A DNA stretch of 64,000 bases from Lama guanicoe. Lineage: Eukaryota. The notes under the pieces were generated by a model. That model ran no database searches. It was not told the origin of the DNA and saw only the letters and a program-made list of their open reading frames with translations. Position 1 is the stretch's first letter. Every line of letters begins with the position of its first letter. This document shows, one piece after another, positions 25,381 to 39,602 of this stretch. The position numbers and the translations under genes were made by a program. Location of the stretch: assembly GCA_013239625.1 (NCBI GenBank), contig MU053934.1, forward strand, positions 8,949,352 to 9,013,351. Direction: 5' to 3'.

Positions 25381-26419
25381 TCGTGCCAGAAAGTCTTGTG
25401 TGTGTGTGTTGGGGGGTGGTATGGGGAGGGCCAACACTATACTGCATCTCCTTAATGCTCCTTTACTGTTTTTGTTCAAGGGCTGACTGGCTGGCTCCCT
25501 GAACAGCTGAAATGCATTTATGTATTTCTTTGCCTCCTGAGGATCAGGTCTGGGTATTAACGTACAAATGGCAGCTGCCCTACAAATATGCTCTACACCC
25601 AGAGGCCAGCAATTAACAACAGAAGACTGTCAGTGCCTCTCTCTGGTCTCCCTGGCCTCTCCCAAACTCAGGAGCAGGGAGGCCACAACCTACTAACGTT
25701 TAGCTTCATGGGATTCAAGAAGACTAAGCAAATTCACATGGGACATATATTTAACCTCTCCCTAGGGTTCCCCTATGTCCTGATTCTTCCCCCAGTACTC
25801 TTCAAAGATCACAACAGAAGTTCTGCATCAGCTTTTCCCGGTGGTCTCCCCCAGAATCCAAGGCATCATTCACACCCAGCTCTCCACTAGGTTCAGGTGA
25901 GACACACAGGTAGGAGATTTGTATAAATAGGAAACTGATTCATTTCAAGTTGTTACCTTCCTACAACTTTCTCTGTGCCTAGGGCTAAATTTGTAAAACC
26001 TTTAAAAGCTGAATATTTATACACCTTAGATCAAAACATAATATGCAGTCTTATGCTTACAGAAAAAGATTAAAATTAGTTGAGTAACCTTGCCAGAATA
26101 TCTCCTTGAATCAAAAACTGGTCATTTGTATACATAAAAGAAGAAAGCTAAATAGGAAAAATAAATAAATAATCTAAAAGCATTCTACTGATTTAGTATC
26201 TGTTAAAGTTGACATTTCAAGTAAGTGTGGGGGATTACAATAGTCAACAAACAATACTTTGGAAGGAAGCATTATTGAATTTCTTTTGTCATTTTAAGGA
26301 AGAATAAAGTCTTTCTGAACATGGTATTAAAATCCAGAAGTTATAAAAGATTAATACATTTGGCTATATAAAGAAAAGTTTAAAAACACATACTGTCAAA
26401 ATGAATCAAATGTCAAATA

Positions 26420-26790
26420 GATACTGAGCAGTAAAAAGGAATAAACTTTTGATGCACACAACAACATGAATTCCAAAAGCATCAAGCTAAATGAAGAGAG
26501 CGTAACACTAAAGACTACTTGCTGTATGATTCCACTTACATGAAATTCTAAATGAGAAAAAGCTATAATGATAGAAAGTCAATTGGGCTGCAAGGGTCCA
26601 GAAGGTCCAGGGGATCCAGGGGAGGGGACTGACTACAAAGGGGCACAAAGGAATTTGGGGGGTTATGGAAATGTTCTGTATCACGATTTTGGTGGTGGTT
26701 ACATGACTACATACATTTACCAAACTTATTGAATTATACATTAAAATTGTTGACTATTACTGTATACAAATTATACTTCAGTATAGCCAA
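26420..26790 (+). mobile_element. L1M-type 3'UTR remnant
   Basis: gtatgattccacttacatgaaattcta...ggaaatgttctgtatcacgat...tgtatacaaattatacttcagta. Confidence 0.7.
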
Positions 26791-27234
26791 CAAAAAGTCC
26801 AGTAGAGAATATACTTACAACATATATGACTAAGCACTTATTTGCTTATGTACAAATAATTCTTGAAGTAGGTAATAAAATAACCTAAAATCTAAAAGAA
26901 AAATGTGCACAGGAAATAAATAAGAAGTTCACAGAAGAAAAAATTACAAAGAACCAATAAAGACATGAGTAAATGCTCAACCTCAGTTATAATTTAAGAA
27001 ATGGATATTCAAACAATTGGATTACTTTTTTTAAACCAGACCGGCAAAGATTAAAATATTTGCTAATATTTAGTGCTGCAATCTAAAGACATACACATTC
27101 TACTACAGGTTTCCTTTTGATGGGAATTTAGCAATATCAACATTTTAAATACACATATCCTTAGATCTAGAAATTCCACGCATAAGAAATCATCATAGAG
27201 GTACATGTAAAGATATGGTAACAACAAACAGTTC

Positions 27235-27465
27235 TATAGTGCTTACATTTTTGGCAGGCATTGTTTTAAGTATTTTATCTGGAATATCTGATTTAATCTT
27301 TAAAATAGCTCTAAAAGGAAATTCCTTTTATTATCCCCATTTTACAGATGGGAAACTAAGGTACAAAAGGGTTGGGTAACTTGCCCAAGGTCATACTGCT
27401 GGCAAAGTCAGGATTCAAATGCAGGCAGTGGGGCTATAAGATTTACACTCTTAGCCACTGTGTCA
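27235..27465 (-). mobile_element. MIR remnant
   Basis: attatccccattttacagatgggaaactaaggtac...taacttgcccaaggtcat. Confidence 0.8.
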
Positions 27466-27942
27466 TTCTCCGTGTCTAAAGAATGTGCAACGCTGCATTG
27501 TTTACAACGGCAAAAAACAGAATGTCCATCATTAGAAACTGGTTAAATAAACAAAAGCTATATAATGAAATACTGGGCAGGGTTCATTAGAAATAAAGTG
27601 GTTTCCTATATGTTAACATGAAAACATGTCCATGTTATGATATTAAATGACAAGGCTTATTGGAAACACTATCCATAGCAAAAGTCTGATGAAACTAATC
27701 AGAAAAGTAATACATAGGTATTTGTATGTAGAGAGAAAATTTCTGGAGGCTATGCATCAAACTGTTTAGCAAGTACCACTGAGATGTAAGCATGGGTAAG
27801 GGAAAGATTTTCATTTACTTTATTCCATTCTGAATCATTTGAATTTTTTTGAAACTATAGGCATGGTACTTTTATTATCCAAGAAATTAGCTTAAGAACA
27901 CAATCTATTTAGTATGCTACAATTTTTACAACATGGATTTAC

Positions 27943-28089
27943 CTTTAATTCTTGGATTAGCTGGGTTCTTCTGTCTCTTAAATTCTTTAACTCTTTCTCA
28001 TCCCAGCATCTAGCCTTGTATTTTAAGTCACTTGACCCTCCAGAGATCACCCCAGATTTTAAAAATAATGTTCCATCAAGAGCTACTGT
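27943..28089 (-). CDS. SMC1B: SMC1B exon 12 (hinge GX6GX3GG motif)
   Basis: ttttacag|ACA GTA GCT ... TTA AAG|gtaaat; 147 nt; [49 protein letters not shown]. Confidence 0.97.
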
Positions 28090-29062
28090 CTGTAAAATTA
28101 AAAAATATTTTACCTCGGAAAAATGCACATAAGGAAGATAAAACCAGAATATAATATGGCAATTTTTACAGCTGAGAATTTATAGGTGAGAAAAACCACT
28201 TACTGAACTCTACTAATAAAATAATTAGCTTATGAGGGATACTAACCAACAAACAAATTCAAATACAAAACCCTGTTTTGCTAAGGCCCAAAGCAATTCC
28301 AGGCAACAAATTAGCAGCAATTAAAAAGGTTCAAAATAAAACTGTATATTAGTTTCAAACATATCCAATATTGAGAAGCAAAACCCAATAATATCTGTAT
28401 TTAATATCACACAGTTTGCATCACGTAATACTGTATTTTGAAGAATCTGACATCACATGTCAATGATATATTATGAAAACAACCTTAGTAACTTTAGGAT
28501 ACCAAAAATATTATGTTCTAAAATGAATATGAAACTGGGACCAATAAAAAAATTTAAATGGAATCAAAAATATAAAACAGCTTGAAGTTTACAGTCCTGT
28601 GAGTAACCATATGCTTTATGGAATAAATGAAAATACTTCATGTTTTACAAATGTCTGTAATTAAGTGGTCAAAACAGAGGAGACTGACCGAGGACTATGA
28701 CCATGTAACGAGCTAATAAAAAGAAAGCCAACAAACAGGAGTCTCATTCATCTCTACTTTCAGACAAACATTCCCTGTGTTTGAGACATTCTATACTGGG
28801 GACTGGAGTGACCAAAGGTGCAGAAATATGGTACTGATCCTTAGGGAGTCATGCTAACAGTGAAAAGCAACATACTAACATACCATTAGAGCGTAAGGTG
28901 ATGAGACAACAGAAACACACTCAGAATAATCTGGAAGCACAAAGCTGGGGTGCTCCAACCCAGCCCAGGAGGTCCACAAAAGACTTCCTGAGGAGATGAT
29001 GGCTTTCACTGTTCTTATTAGAGGTACTAGTTAGAATTAGATTAATTATACTTAACAGAAAA

Positions 29063-29680
29063 TGTATCTCTCTCTTGTGATTAGAGTCTGTATGGAGGTC
29101 GCATAGTTAACAAAAAACCAGACCCCTCCGACCGCACCGCTCTGCCATCCCAGCACTGGGATTACTCCTCACAGGAGACAGGCCTTGTACTTTCTGGAAG
29201 GCCTTGGGGGCTCCCTTCCCTCTCAACTGCGGGCTTAGCAATGAGTCTTCTCATCAGGTCTAAACTTTGGAAGAACCCTAGATATCTACTGGATACCTAC
29301 AGCAATGGCAGGAAAACTGAACTCCTGCAGCAAGCCCTGGTCTGGAAGGCAGTTTCCCTCACTGGGAGGCCAACTGTTACGAGCTCAGTTTACTCCTCCG
29401 ACCTCCCCATAAAAATGTAAAGCAGCATGGAGCCAGCTTCCCAGTCCTGGAGCGCTTTTAGCTCATGCTGTCTCTGCCCAGCTGAATCATACCTCTGGAA
29501 GGAAAGCTGCGGAACCAAGCAGGCTCCACTGCTTCTCTGCTTTTAAGCTGTTCTCAATAAAGCTTACTTTACATCTACACTGTGTCACTAGTGATGTGTG
29601 TGTCACTGTCTCTTACACAATCTTCAAAGTCATTCTGTAGTCCAAGATAACTCCTAGAGCTCTAGCTATTGTGTATTACA
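29063..29680 (+). mobile_element. Solo ERV LTR inserted in an L2 remnant
   Basis: Ends ...tattaca; TATA-like cataaaaa at 29408; AATAAA at 29556; L2-like sequence on both sides. The 5' boundary is uncertain (29010-29076). Confidence 0.55.
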
Positions 29681-30674
29681 AGAAAGAAGAAGGAAGGGAG
29701 GGAGCAAGGCTGGTAGATGGGGCAGATTGTGGAGCTCTTTATATGTCATCACAGGAAGAATGAGAATCAAATGCAACTGAGGACTGATGGGGCTTATGGT
29801 GGGGGCGGGCGGGGGGTTAGCTCTGAATGGTTTGAGCAAACAGGAGAGAGAAGTGGGTAGATAATGAACTTTAAATAGACCACTTTGGCAACCCATCTGG
29901 AAAATGGGTTGGTCTAAGCAAAGCCAGAGGTGATGGTATGAAATAAGCCAATAATGCCTAGGGTAAAGAAAAGGAAAAATATTTGAGAAATACTTAGGAA
30001 GTATAATCAGGAAAGCTTGGGAACTAGAAAGGTTACAAGGAAATCCTTGAGGAAAACTAGAATTTCATTTGGCTAGAACAGCGGTACCAAGAATCGAGTT
30101 ACGGAATACAGAACATAGATCAAGATTTAGAAAGAAGAAAATGAGTTTAGTTTTAGATATGCTGATATTACAGTGCCTGTGGGCTAAAAAGTTTTCTTAT
30201 TTATTTACAATGTCTATCTTGGCTATTTCTTAAAAGAAATTAGATTCTTTTATAATTATAATAGATTATTATAATGAATGTAAATATAAAATAAGAGCTA
30301 CAAAAAATAGAGATAACAAATTATAGAAGGTGAAAAAAGAACAAAGTATAAGTAATTTAGACTATTATGAGAAATCACTGAATTCAATCAAATAAATAGG
30401 AAAAAGAAAAATTATTCAATATATGATGTTTTGACAAGTAATTAACCATTTAGGAGGAAACAGCTAACTAATACCTGCAGCTAATGACAAACATCAAAAT
30501 AAATTCTAGATTAAAATTAAAACACGGAAGTGATACTGTATTTTAAAAAGTGAAGAAAAGTTAACATATACTTGATCTCATAGTAAAGACTCAAATATAC
30601 ATATACGAATAGTTACAAAGGATAAGAGTGATATATGGCATACACACCATAACACTCACTAGATCTTTCCAGGG

Positions 30675-30790
30675 TATGGTTGCTAGATTTAGCAAACAGA
30701 AATATAGGTTGTCCAATTAAATTTGAACTTCACATAAAAAACAAGTAACTTTGTAATATATGTACAAATGTTTTATCTGACAACTATTCT
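30675..30790. mobile_element. MER53-like hAT MITE
   Basis: Inverted termini ggttgctagattt... and ...ttatctgacaact. Confidence 0.6.
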
Positions 30791-31869
30791 AGGGGACAAG
30801 ACAGGGATGGTTTTTATTTTCCTTTTTGAGCTCTATTTTCAAATCTGAACATTTACTAACTTGTATTTCTGATGTGTAAAAGACAAACATAACACAAAAG
30901 AAAAAAGTCCATGGGGTTGGCTTGGAGAGAAGTGTATCAAGAACTCTGAGGTAAGAATCTGTCATAATATATATGGAATTCTAATGCCAGCTCTCTCTTC
31001 CCAGCCATGATACTCTGGCAAGTCAACCCCTCGTCTTTCAGTAGGGCTACAATAATCTTTCGAGATTCTTTTTACTCTGCTGCCTGGCTGACTGCTTCTG
31101 CTGTCACTGCCACCATTTACCACTGCACATACTTGCCTGACACTGCATATAAGCTATCTGATTCTATGTTTGCAACACTGTGAGGTAAGTATTTCCACTT
31201 TACAGATTGGGACTTAGATATTAAGAAACTTGCCTAAGGCCATACATAGGGACTAAAATCCAAGTTGGTCAAACATCTATGTCCATGTTCTTAACCACCA
31301 TGTTATACACCTCCTTCAATTCTAAAAACACAGTGGGCAACAATTTATAGAATTATAGGGGTTTTTTTGGTGATAGTTTCTAGGTTTATTAAAATAATTT
31401 ATTTCTTCTAAAACTAAATTTAGTCTCAAATAACCTAGTTTCACTTGATTTACAAATTCCTATTCTGGAAGGACTATAATTTCTACTTCCAGCCTGCAAA
31501 TTCCTTAACTTACAGCTTACATTAGTTGCTCAGTGCAGTAATACTATGCCTACTCTGGGGTTACATTCCTGAAAAAATACCTTGGCTGGCACCGTTGGGA
31601 TCTCATATAAAATCAGGGGCTGGAGGAATTTTTAAGTAGCAAAGAAGTTCCAGAGTTATAGAAAACTCTGGGTTAGGAAAATAAGGAATTCTCTGGTATT
31701 AAAATTTTGTTCTGTGGGATAATTCATCATTCCACTGAATCAACTCCAACTGTTTCAAAAATATTGTTTCAGGTTATAAGCTGCTAAGGTGGATATTCCT
31801 ATAATTCTGTGTTATGCAGATTATGCATATTTTTAAAGTTTCATTGGTATGAAAAATAATATACTTTAT

Positions 31870-32960
31870 ACTTTTAATTTTATTTCTGAATGGGTAAGAT
31901 AGTCACATAGTTCAAAATTCAAAATATACAAGAGAGTAGAGTAAGAAATTTCCCTGGCATCCCTGGCTCCAGCACCGTTTTCCTCCCCAAAAGTGATCAG
32001 TGCTATCAATCTTTTATGTATTCTCTCAGAAATATTTTTGCATAAACAAATACACACATACATTTCTTTTCCCCATTTCTTACACAAATGGAAACATACT
32101 ACACATTAGACTATGTATTAACTTTTTAAAAAAACTGAATCTCAGAGAATGTCTCATACCTGTATGAGCTTCATTCTTATTTAAGGTTGCATAGTGTCCC
32201 ATTGTATGAATGCACTATAATTTTATTCAACTAGTCTTGTGCAGATTGTTTCCAATTGTTCCTGCTACAAACAATGATTCAATGAATAAATCTTATTTGT
32301 ATATCATTTCATATGCATGTGAGTTTACGTGTATGTGAGGTTCCTAAGAAGTACAACTGCTAGAACTGTCCTTCACAGAGCTGGTACAAATTCTCACCCC
32401 CACAGCAGTGATGGAGGGGCCTCTTTACCAATAAAATGTTAGTGAACTTTTTGATGTTGCTCAATCTGATAAAGGAAAATAGTATTTCAGTGTAGTTTTA
32501 ATGGGCATTTCTCATGCTTTAAGTGAGGGTGAATTTTCATTTTTAAGAGTAATTATATTTCCTTTTATCAAAGTAAGTTTGTTCATGTACTTTGTCCATT
32601 TTCAACTTTATTTTTGTTCTTTTCCTTATTGGTTTGTAGGAAATTTTGGGTTTTTATTGAGTCACAAATATTTTCCCTGCTTTGACATATCTTTTGATTT
32701 TTCTTATGGTGGTTTCTGCCATGCAGAAATTTTTCTGTTTATATGAATTTATCCGTCTTTTGTAGTTTTCGGGTTTTTTTTTTTTTTTTGTTATAAATTT
32801 TTTTTTTTTTTTGGTCATATTGGAAATGCCTTATTGTCTCTGACATTAAGAAAAATTTTTCCATGGTTTCTCTTATTATCGTTATAGTTTCATTTTTTTA
32901 CATTTACATTTCTAAACCATGTAGAATCTATTCTGATATGAAGTACGAAGTTTAGATTCA
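31870..32960 (-). mobile_element. Old L1 (L1ME-like) 3' remnant
   Basis: gattgtttccaattgttcctgctacaaacaatg; ctcacccccacagcagtg. Confidence 0.55.
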
Positions 32961-35041
32961 ACTAACTATATTTTATTCCAGATGGTACCCATTTTTTGAA
33001 CTTACTATATACCCTACTACATTCTTATTTTCTCTTGTTTAATGTGCGCAATCTTTGTAAAAATGATCTTTTCACAAATTACCAGCTAGTTAATGACATG
33101 TTTTTGGGTCTGCTTTTTGCTACTTCATATTAAACAGGTAAAACATAAACAGATCTTGCTTTATATGTTTTAGAGTAATAGCCACCCAGCCTATGGGACA
33201 AGGAAGCAGATAATTGTTTCTTTCCTCAAGAAAAATGGATGAAATAATTACATGTATTCAAAGAGACTCTAGATTTAACAATTTTGTTACATAAATTTTA
33301 AAAATATTTTAAAATTGAGTTATCATAAAAATCTTGATGACCGAACTACTGATAACAAAACTGCTCTGATTTATATTATGTAATTTATATATACTGTATG
33401 TAGCTTACAAACTAACCAGAGTATCATTTTGTGATGCAATTTTCAATGTTTGAATAAAGAAAATCCTAAAACATATCAAATCAACGGAAAAATATCAAGT
33501 CCACGGAAAACCAAGAGCACAAATTGAAAACATCAGATCATTTCTGTGAAAATTTGACATCTATTCAAATGTTTTACGCATCCTAAAACAGAGAATTTTT
33601 TAAAGTGGAATAACAGTAACGGGAAGAAGATAAAAGTCCCTGGAATATACTTAAGATAAAAATATGGCAAATAAAGCTGATTAAAATTCTGAAATAACAA
33701 TAAGAACAAAATATAGCCTGAAGGGGTAAGGCATATTACTATGAACAAGATACAAACCATAAATATATGTTGAACAAAGGAAGGGTTAAGTACAGTCTTA
33801 TCATCATGTGACTTCTTTAAATTGACCACACAAATTTAAAAAAATCAACTTTACAAAATCAATTTTACAAATATACAAAAATCAATTTTAGTATGTTAAT
33901 TAGGCAACAAAATAAGGAAGACACCTTAGTAAGTCACTTATTTCACCTGCTTAAATTCAATATGTAAAAATCAATGACTGATTACTAAGACAGTGATGGT
34001 ATTATCATTAAGATTATCACTGATAGAAGTACTAAAATGCATGAGAAGTTAATCACATTAGACAAGTCAATACACTTAATATTGGAATATTTAATACTGG
34101 AAATTCCTCTCTTTCATAAGAATAACCTGTTTTGTGTTAGTTTGCAATTCTGGACATTCCAGATCAAATGTGTAAATTGACTAGTAAATTTAAAAATGAC
34201 TATTCCTTTTAAAGACCTATTTGCCAAGTACTATTTTGCATTTATTACTTATTTTAATCCTATAACTTCTATAACTCTAAAAAATAGGTACTATTATTTC
34301 CCCAATTTTAGATCGGAAAACTAAAATTAGAAGTTTAAAAACTTGCCTAATGTCACACAATTAATTACTAAGTCGCATCACTGGTCTTACTACACAGTTA
34401 ACGCCTTTAGGCACTGTGTTATACTCATCACAAATACAGTTGTTTAAAAAAACTATGTCAGATAACTTGAGAAATTTGACAGTGCTTAACTAAATACAAA
34501 CTCTATTTTAACTGAGAGTAAAACAATATTTTAAAAACCAAAATTATTCCTTTGAGAGATTAGCATTTAGTAACCTCATTTCACTTATGCTATTTCTATA
34601 ACTTCAAATGTGTTAAAAGGACAGTATCTCCACTAAACTATGGCAGAATTAACCGAGAATGTAAAATAAGCACCTAAAATCTTCCCTGCTATTCAGAAAC
34701 ACATGTACTACATATGTAAATACAAAGAAAAGCTGAGATTCAGCAAGGACACTTTTTGTATACAGAATAGAAGAAAAGAACAGCTTTAGGCTATTACTAC
34801 AATAAATCTAACTTCCAAAATATGATTTATGATTTTGGGAAGTGTTATAGAAATTAATTCTTTAAAAACTCAACTGAACATTGTAAAAACTACTGAAGCC
34901 ATAAGCATTCTTATGTTTTACATTAGTTTTCCGTATATAAGAGAACATATAAAAGCACATATAAATATTTGTGCCTGCGTAATATGTTAGTCTTATAAAT
35001 ACTGTTTTAAATTATCCAAAAGTGCAATCTAAGCCTCTTAC

Positions 35042-35221
35042 TTTCCGTCTTTCGGGTCCACCGAATGCAATATGCCTTGCTTCTTCCACAGTCTCACAGA
35101 CAAGGCCATTTCCACACACAAACTGAATAACTTTCTTCAGCTGAGGAAACTGAGTCTTTATGACATCAATCACCATTTTACAGCCTTTAATCTCCCTTAG
35201 TCTTTCATTGATTGGCTTGAT
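35042..35221 (-). CDS. SMC1B: SMC1B exon 11 (hinge)
   Basis: cttttag|ATC AAG CCA ... CGG AAA|gtaaga; 180 nt; IKPINERLREIKGCKMVIDVIKTQFPQLKKVIQFVCGNGLVCETVEEARHIAFGGPERRK. Confidence 0.96.
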
Positions 35222-35707
35222 CTAAAAGGTTTAAAAATACTTAGTGTATTAAAATAAAAACCAAATACTCACTATATTCTTTCTCAAAAAACATACATAA
35301 GCATGACAACAAATGATCAATAGTATGCACTCACATACAATAAACGTTTGACAAGATCAATATCCTGCAATTGGCTTGCATAATATTTTTTTAAAAACAC
35401 AGTTCATAAAAAGCCAGAAGATACAATTTCCAGATTCAATTCTTTCACTAAGTAGCTGGGACAAAGCAATGCATGAGAAGCACTTCATGCACTCAAAATC
35501 ATAAAATCTAGTGGGAGATAATACCCATTTATATACTTCTAAAAGAGGAGCACAACTATATGGAACGCAAAAAATCATTTTAGGTTTAAATGATCAGGAA
35601 AGCTTTCAGATCTTCTTTGACATGACTTTTAAGTTGGGCCTATAAAGAGATCAAAACACATCTACGTATAACTAAAAAAAAAAAACAGTAAAACAAAGCA
35701 AAACTCC

Positions 35708-35769
35708 TGTGTGTGTATGTATACATATATGTGTGTGTGTGTATATATACATATATACATATATATATA
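35708..35769. repeat. Compound (TG)n/(TA)n microsatellite
   Basis: tgtgtgtgtatgtatacatatatgtgtgtgtgtgtatatatacatatatacatatatatata. Confidence 0.85.
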
Positions 35770-36049
35770 GGAAGCATATATTTATATAAACTTATATGTA
35801 TGGAAGCAATCTAAAACAGTAACAATAAAGGAATTGGGCACTGAGAAGACATAAGGGTATTTCCTTTACACCTGATACACTTCTGTATTATATTTTTTAA
35901 AAATGAGTGTGCCTTGAAAAAATCTTAAGCACGAAATAAGTAAAACAGGATTTTAACAGGTAGGTGAATTAGGTTAAACAGTTTTTGTATGGAGAAGGTA
36001 TAAGCAAAAGTGTGAAAGTATCAAAGGCAAGTCCGGACCATTAGCACCC

Positions 36050-36275
36050 AGCTAGCATTTGCTGAGCCCCTTCTATGTGCCAGGCACTCCACATGTAATG
36101 ATTCCTGGCAATAATCCAGCAAGGTAAGGACTAACTCCACCACTTCACAGATGAAAAAATTGAAGGTCAGAAAAATTAAGAACAAATCAGTGAGCACTAA
36201 TTAAAAGGCAGGCTGAAATTCAAATTCAGGTCAGTTCAACTCTAGGGCATGCGATCTTAACCACTATACACACTG
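36050..36275 (-). mobile_element. MIR remnant
   Basis: atttgctgagcc...tatgtgccaggcact...cacttcacagatgaaaaaattgaaggtcaga. Confidence 0.7.
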
Positions 36276-36865
36276 CCTGCAGTTCAAGGACTTGAAAGCT
36301 GGGCCAAGTAGAACATTTTCTTTACTAGGCAGTGAAAAAAATCACTGAAGGATCAGTTGTGATAATGACAGAGTTCCTGCCTCAGAAATGTAAACTCTAT
36401 ATATTCTAAGGCCTTTCAAAACATACCTCAAGACCCCAAATTTAGCTTGCTCCACCAAGAGCTGACATGTATTTACTGGACCACATATTTACAGTCGAGA
36501 CCCTGGGTTGACATTTCACCGACAGAAAATATGCCTTAGCCATGTCCTATACTTTGCTACAGAACAAAATAAAATGCTGCCTAATAGGCAGACTGGCACA
36601 CTGTTGGAGCAATGTCCTCAAAATCATCAAGGTGAATTATGGCAAAACTAGATTAGGAAGAGATGATATGAATCAAGAAAGACAGTACCTGTTAGATGGT
36701 ACTCTTTGCCTGCCAATACGTTAACACCAGCCATCTGAATGCCTGACTAACTGGCATGCAAGCTATGATTTTTTTCAATCACTACCACAATCTCAGGTAA
36801 CAAAGACATGCTTTAAAAGGCAAGATTTTATCACTACTAAACATTAAGGATTATAAATTTCTTAC

Positions 36866-37051
36866 ATCAAGGTAATCTAGAGCAAGGAACGTCTCAGGTT
36901 CAGCTCTTTCCTCCTTCAGAAATCGAATACAATCTTTTGCTACCTTTTCAGAGGTTACAACAATGGCGACCATGTACCGGCCAAAAAGTTTAGTAACAGC
37001 TAGCTGGTATTTCTTGTGAATAGGATGACACAGGTCAAGTAGTCTTCCAAA
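36866..37051 (-). CDS. SMC1B: SMC1B exon 10 (hinge domain start)
   Basis: ctgctaag|TTT GGA AGA ... CTT GAT|gtaaga; 186 nt; [32 protein letters not shown]...[10 protein letters not shown]. Confidence 0.96.
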
Positions 37052-38400
37052 CTTAGCAGGTTTCAAAAAAGGAGAGAGAAACAAATACATCAGTGAAGAA
37101 CATATAATTCACTGTTTTCTAATGTAACAAAGCAGCATAGATCAAAGACTAATTCTATAAAAATTATAAATATCATAATTTAACAGAGTCTCATCCAAAT
37201 GGACATAAATTTCATTATGAAATATCCATTTAGGTGTATCATACTTCACTTAATAAAAGATTAATAAGGAAGGACTAGTCATACCAGGGTACTAAGATAT
37301 TTTCCAAAGCTACAGCAATTAAACAGAATTCATCCATTCCCTTCTTTATTGAACAATACTATATGAGGCACCTACTACATGCAGGTACTGAACTAGACAC
37401 TGGTTAAACAAAAAGAAACAAATACATATGAGTTTGCTTCTTGCTAGATTAAGAGATACTATGTAAGCATTCTCAGGAAATAATTGATTTATCAGTTTGC
37501 CTTCTTCAGAATGAAGAACAAGCAATGCTATACTTTGATCTTTTTTTTTTTTAAATCCTCGACTGTTGCCATCTCTGAGGTTTATAGCATGATGTAGTAA
37601 GGTGCACGTAGCCTTACTCCGCCGACATTATCTAGAAGGCAAGACAAACATTTAGGAGTCAGAAAGTCAAGAAGGATGCTGTAAAATTAGAAATGAAGAT
37701 GACTGGCCAGAGAGGTAGGAGGAAAACCAGCAGAATGTGGTATTAGGCCAACTGACAGGTGTTTCAAACAGTGGAAGTGGTTAACTGTGTCAAATGCTGA
37801 AAACAGGCCATCATAAAACAAGGACCACACAGTGTATATTGGTGCTGGTCGTAAGAGAGTGAGATGCCAGACCCAATACTAAAGGACATAATTCTGTGAA
37901 GGTGACAGTCCAACCATCAGGTTAAATACTGCTACATTTGGACTAATGAAATACACTAGTAATACTGGATGGACAGTCGTATTTAGGGAATAAAAATTTA
38001 TTGTTTCAGTAAAAATTCATACTTTTCAGAAGTATGTCATTAATGTCTACTGAAAATATATTGCTAAAAAAACTGAAATAATGAAGAAAGTGAGGTTTGA
38101 GGCCAGAAGTCCACGGGGCACCAGACTACTTCATGGCACCCTTTGTGTCCTTTGGGACTACTGGCCATAACTTGGACTTTCTGTCTGATATGTACATGTC
38201 AATGTTTCTCTCCAATAATTATCTGTCTATAGACATGACATTTTACCCCAGTTATTTATTATTGTATTTTAAATATAAGTAATAAAACACAAAACTTATA
38301 GATTTCTGAAATACTACTGCTTCCTAATAATGGTAAATTTTCATTTCCAAATAAGAAAGTTTAGCCTTTTAATTTCAATTAACTAGTCATTTCTAATTAC

Positions 38401-38608
38401 CACAGAATCTGGGTAAAGTCTTTTAAGGTGTTCCAGAATCTCTGCTCTCTTTTGTTGACGTCTTCCCTCATGGGTATCAATTCCAGCATTTTGCAATTCA
38501 CTTCTGATAAGATTCAGCTCTTCATTAACTTCAGACATTCTTGATTTTGTTTCTTCAATTTCATCCACTAGGGTTTCCTCTTGCTCTTTTTTCTCTTTCA
38601 AGCAATTC
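38401..38608 (-). CDS. SMC1B: SMC1B exon 9
   Basis: atgtag|G AAT TGC TTG ... TCT GTG|gtaatt; 208 nt; NCLKEKKEQEETLVDEIEE...HLKRLYPDSV. Confidence 0.96.
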
Positions 38609-39200
38609 CTACATAATAATAATACATTATATAGCAAAAAGGAAAAACCAAAATTAAGGAATTACAAGATACAATATACTCTGGTCTGGCATTGCAGAGG
38701 AACAGAATAGTTCTGCATCAATTTGAAATGACGAAAAATACTATAAAATAAGCCTAGCACTAAACGTGGGCAAAAGAGACTCTAATCATTCTTTATTGAT
38801 TCAAAAGATACATATTTCTGCATACTGAAAAATAAAGGATAGATCACTAAAACCAGAGCAATCATTAAGAGCTTAATAATAAGCAAAAGCCAATTAAAAA
38901 GAAATTCTTCATGGTAGAAATACTTAGGTCATGCTAGCTTTCATGACATAACTTTTATCATAAAATATCAATACCAAAACAGAATTTTAAGTTTCACCAC
39001 TGTTAAACATTTATATTTTCAAAAGTTAAACATTAGTGGTTAAGTATAATTCTTAATTATCTATAAAGAAATAAAAAAAAACAATGGAGGACTGAGAATA
39101 TTATGATACAGTGGAAGCATTCATCTGATGAGTAAATATACCACAAATATACCAGACCCCTGAGATATAGGAAAACTAAAAGGAATTTTAATATACCTAC

Positions 39201-39283
39201 ATGCATGTTTTTGTATACTCCTCCAACTTCTCTATTCGTTTTTTATGATCCTCTATTTGTTCTTTTATTTGTTTTAGATTTTC
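39201..39283 (-). CDS. SMC1B: SMC1B exon 8
   Basis: ttctag|GAA AAT CTA ... TGC AT|gtaggt; 83 nt; ENLKQIKEQIEDHKKRIEKLEEYTKTC. Confidence 0.95.
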
Positions 39284-39434
39284 CTAGAATAGGAAATGAA
39301 ACCTGAAATCAATTACAACTCTAAACAAATAAAATTATTTTTCACTATATTCCTAGAGCTTACTATAATAGTAAAGTTGTAAATTTGAAATATATCATAC
39401 ATAACCATGTGAAAATTCTCATAAGAGCAAGTTT

Positions 39435-39602
39435 TTTTTTAATCACTTGTGATTTCTTTTTTTTTTTTTTTTTAGTTTTTTTTGGGGGGCGGGGATGGAA
39501 TTAGGTTTCATTTATTTTAATGGAGGTACTGGCAATTGAACCCAAGACCTCATGTATGCTACTACGCATGCTCTCTACCACTTAAAGTATAACCTCTCCC
39601 AC
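39435..39602 (-). mobile_element. vic-1-type tRNA-derived SINE with extended tail and TSD
   Basis: Reverse strand gggagaggttatactttaagtggtagag...gggttcaattgccagtacctcca, tail aaacctaattccatccccg, poly(A); TSD cataagagcaa at 39420-39430 and 39603-39613. Confidence 0.8.

Noticed and set aside
31500..31800. Non-repeat segment with protein-looking frames (e.g. minus strand ...IPYFPNPEF...KIPPAPDF...) as a nested pseudogene
   Set aside because: About three stops in ~70 codons is what random AT-rich DNA gives and I recognise no homolog; only a significant BLASTX hit would revive it.
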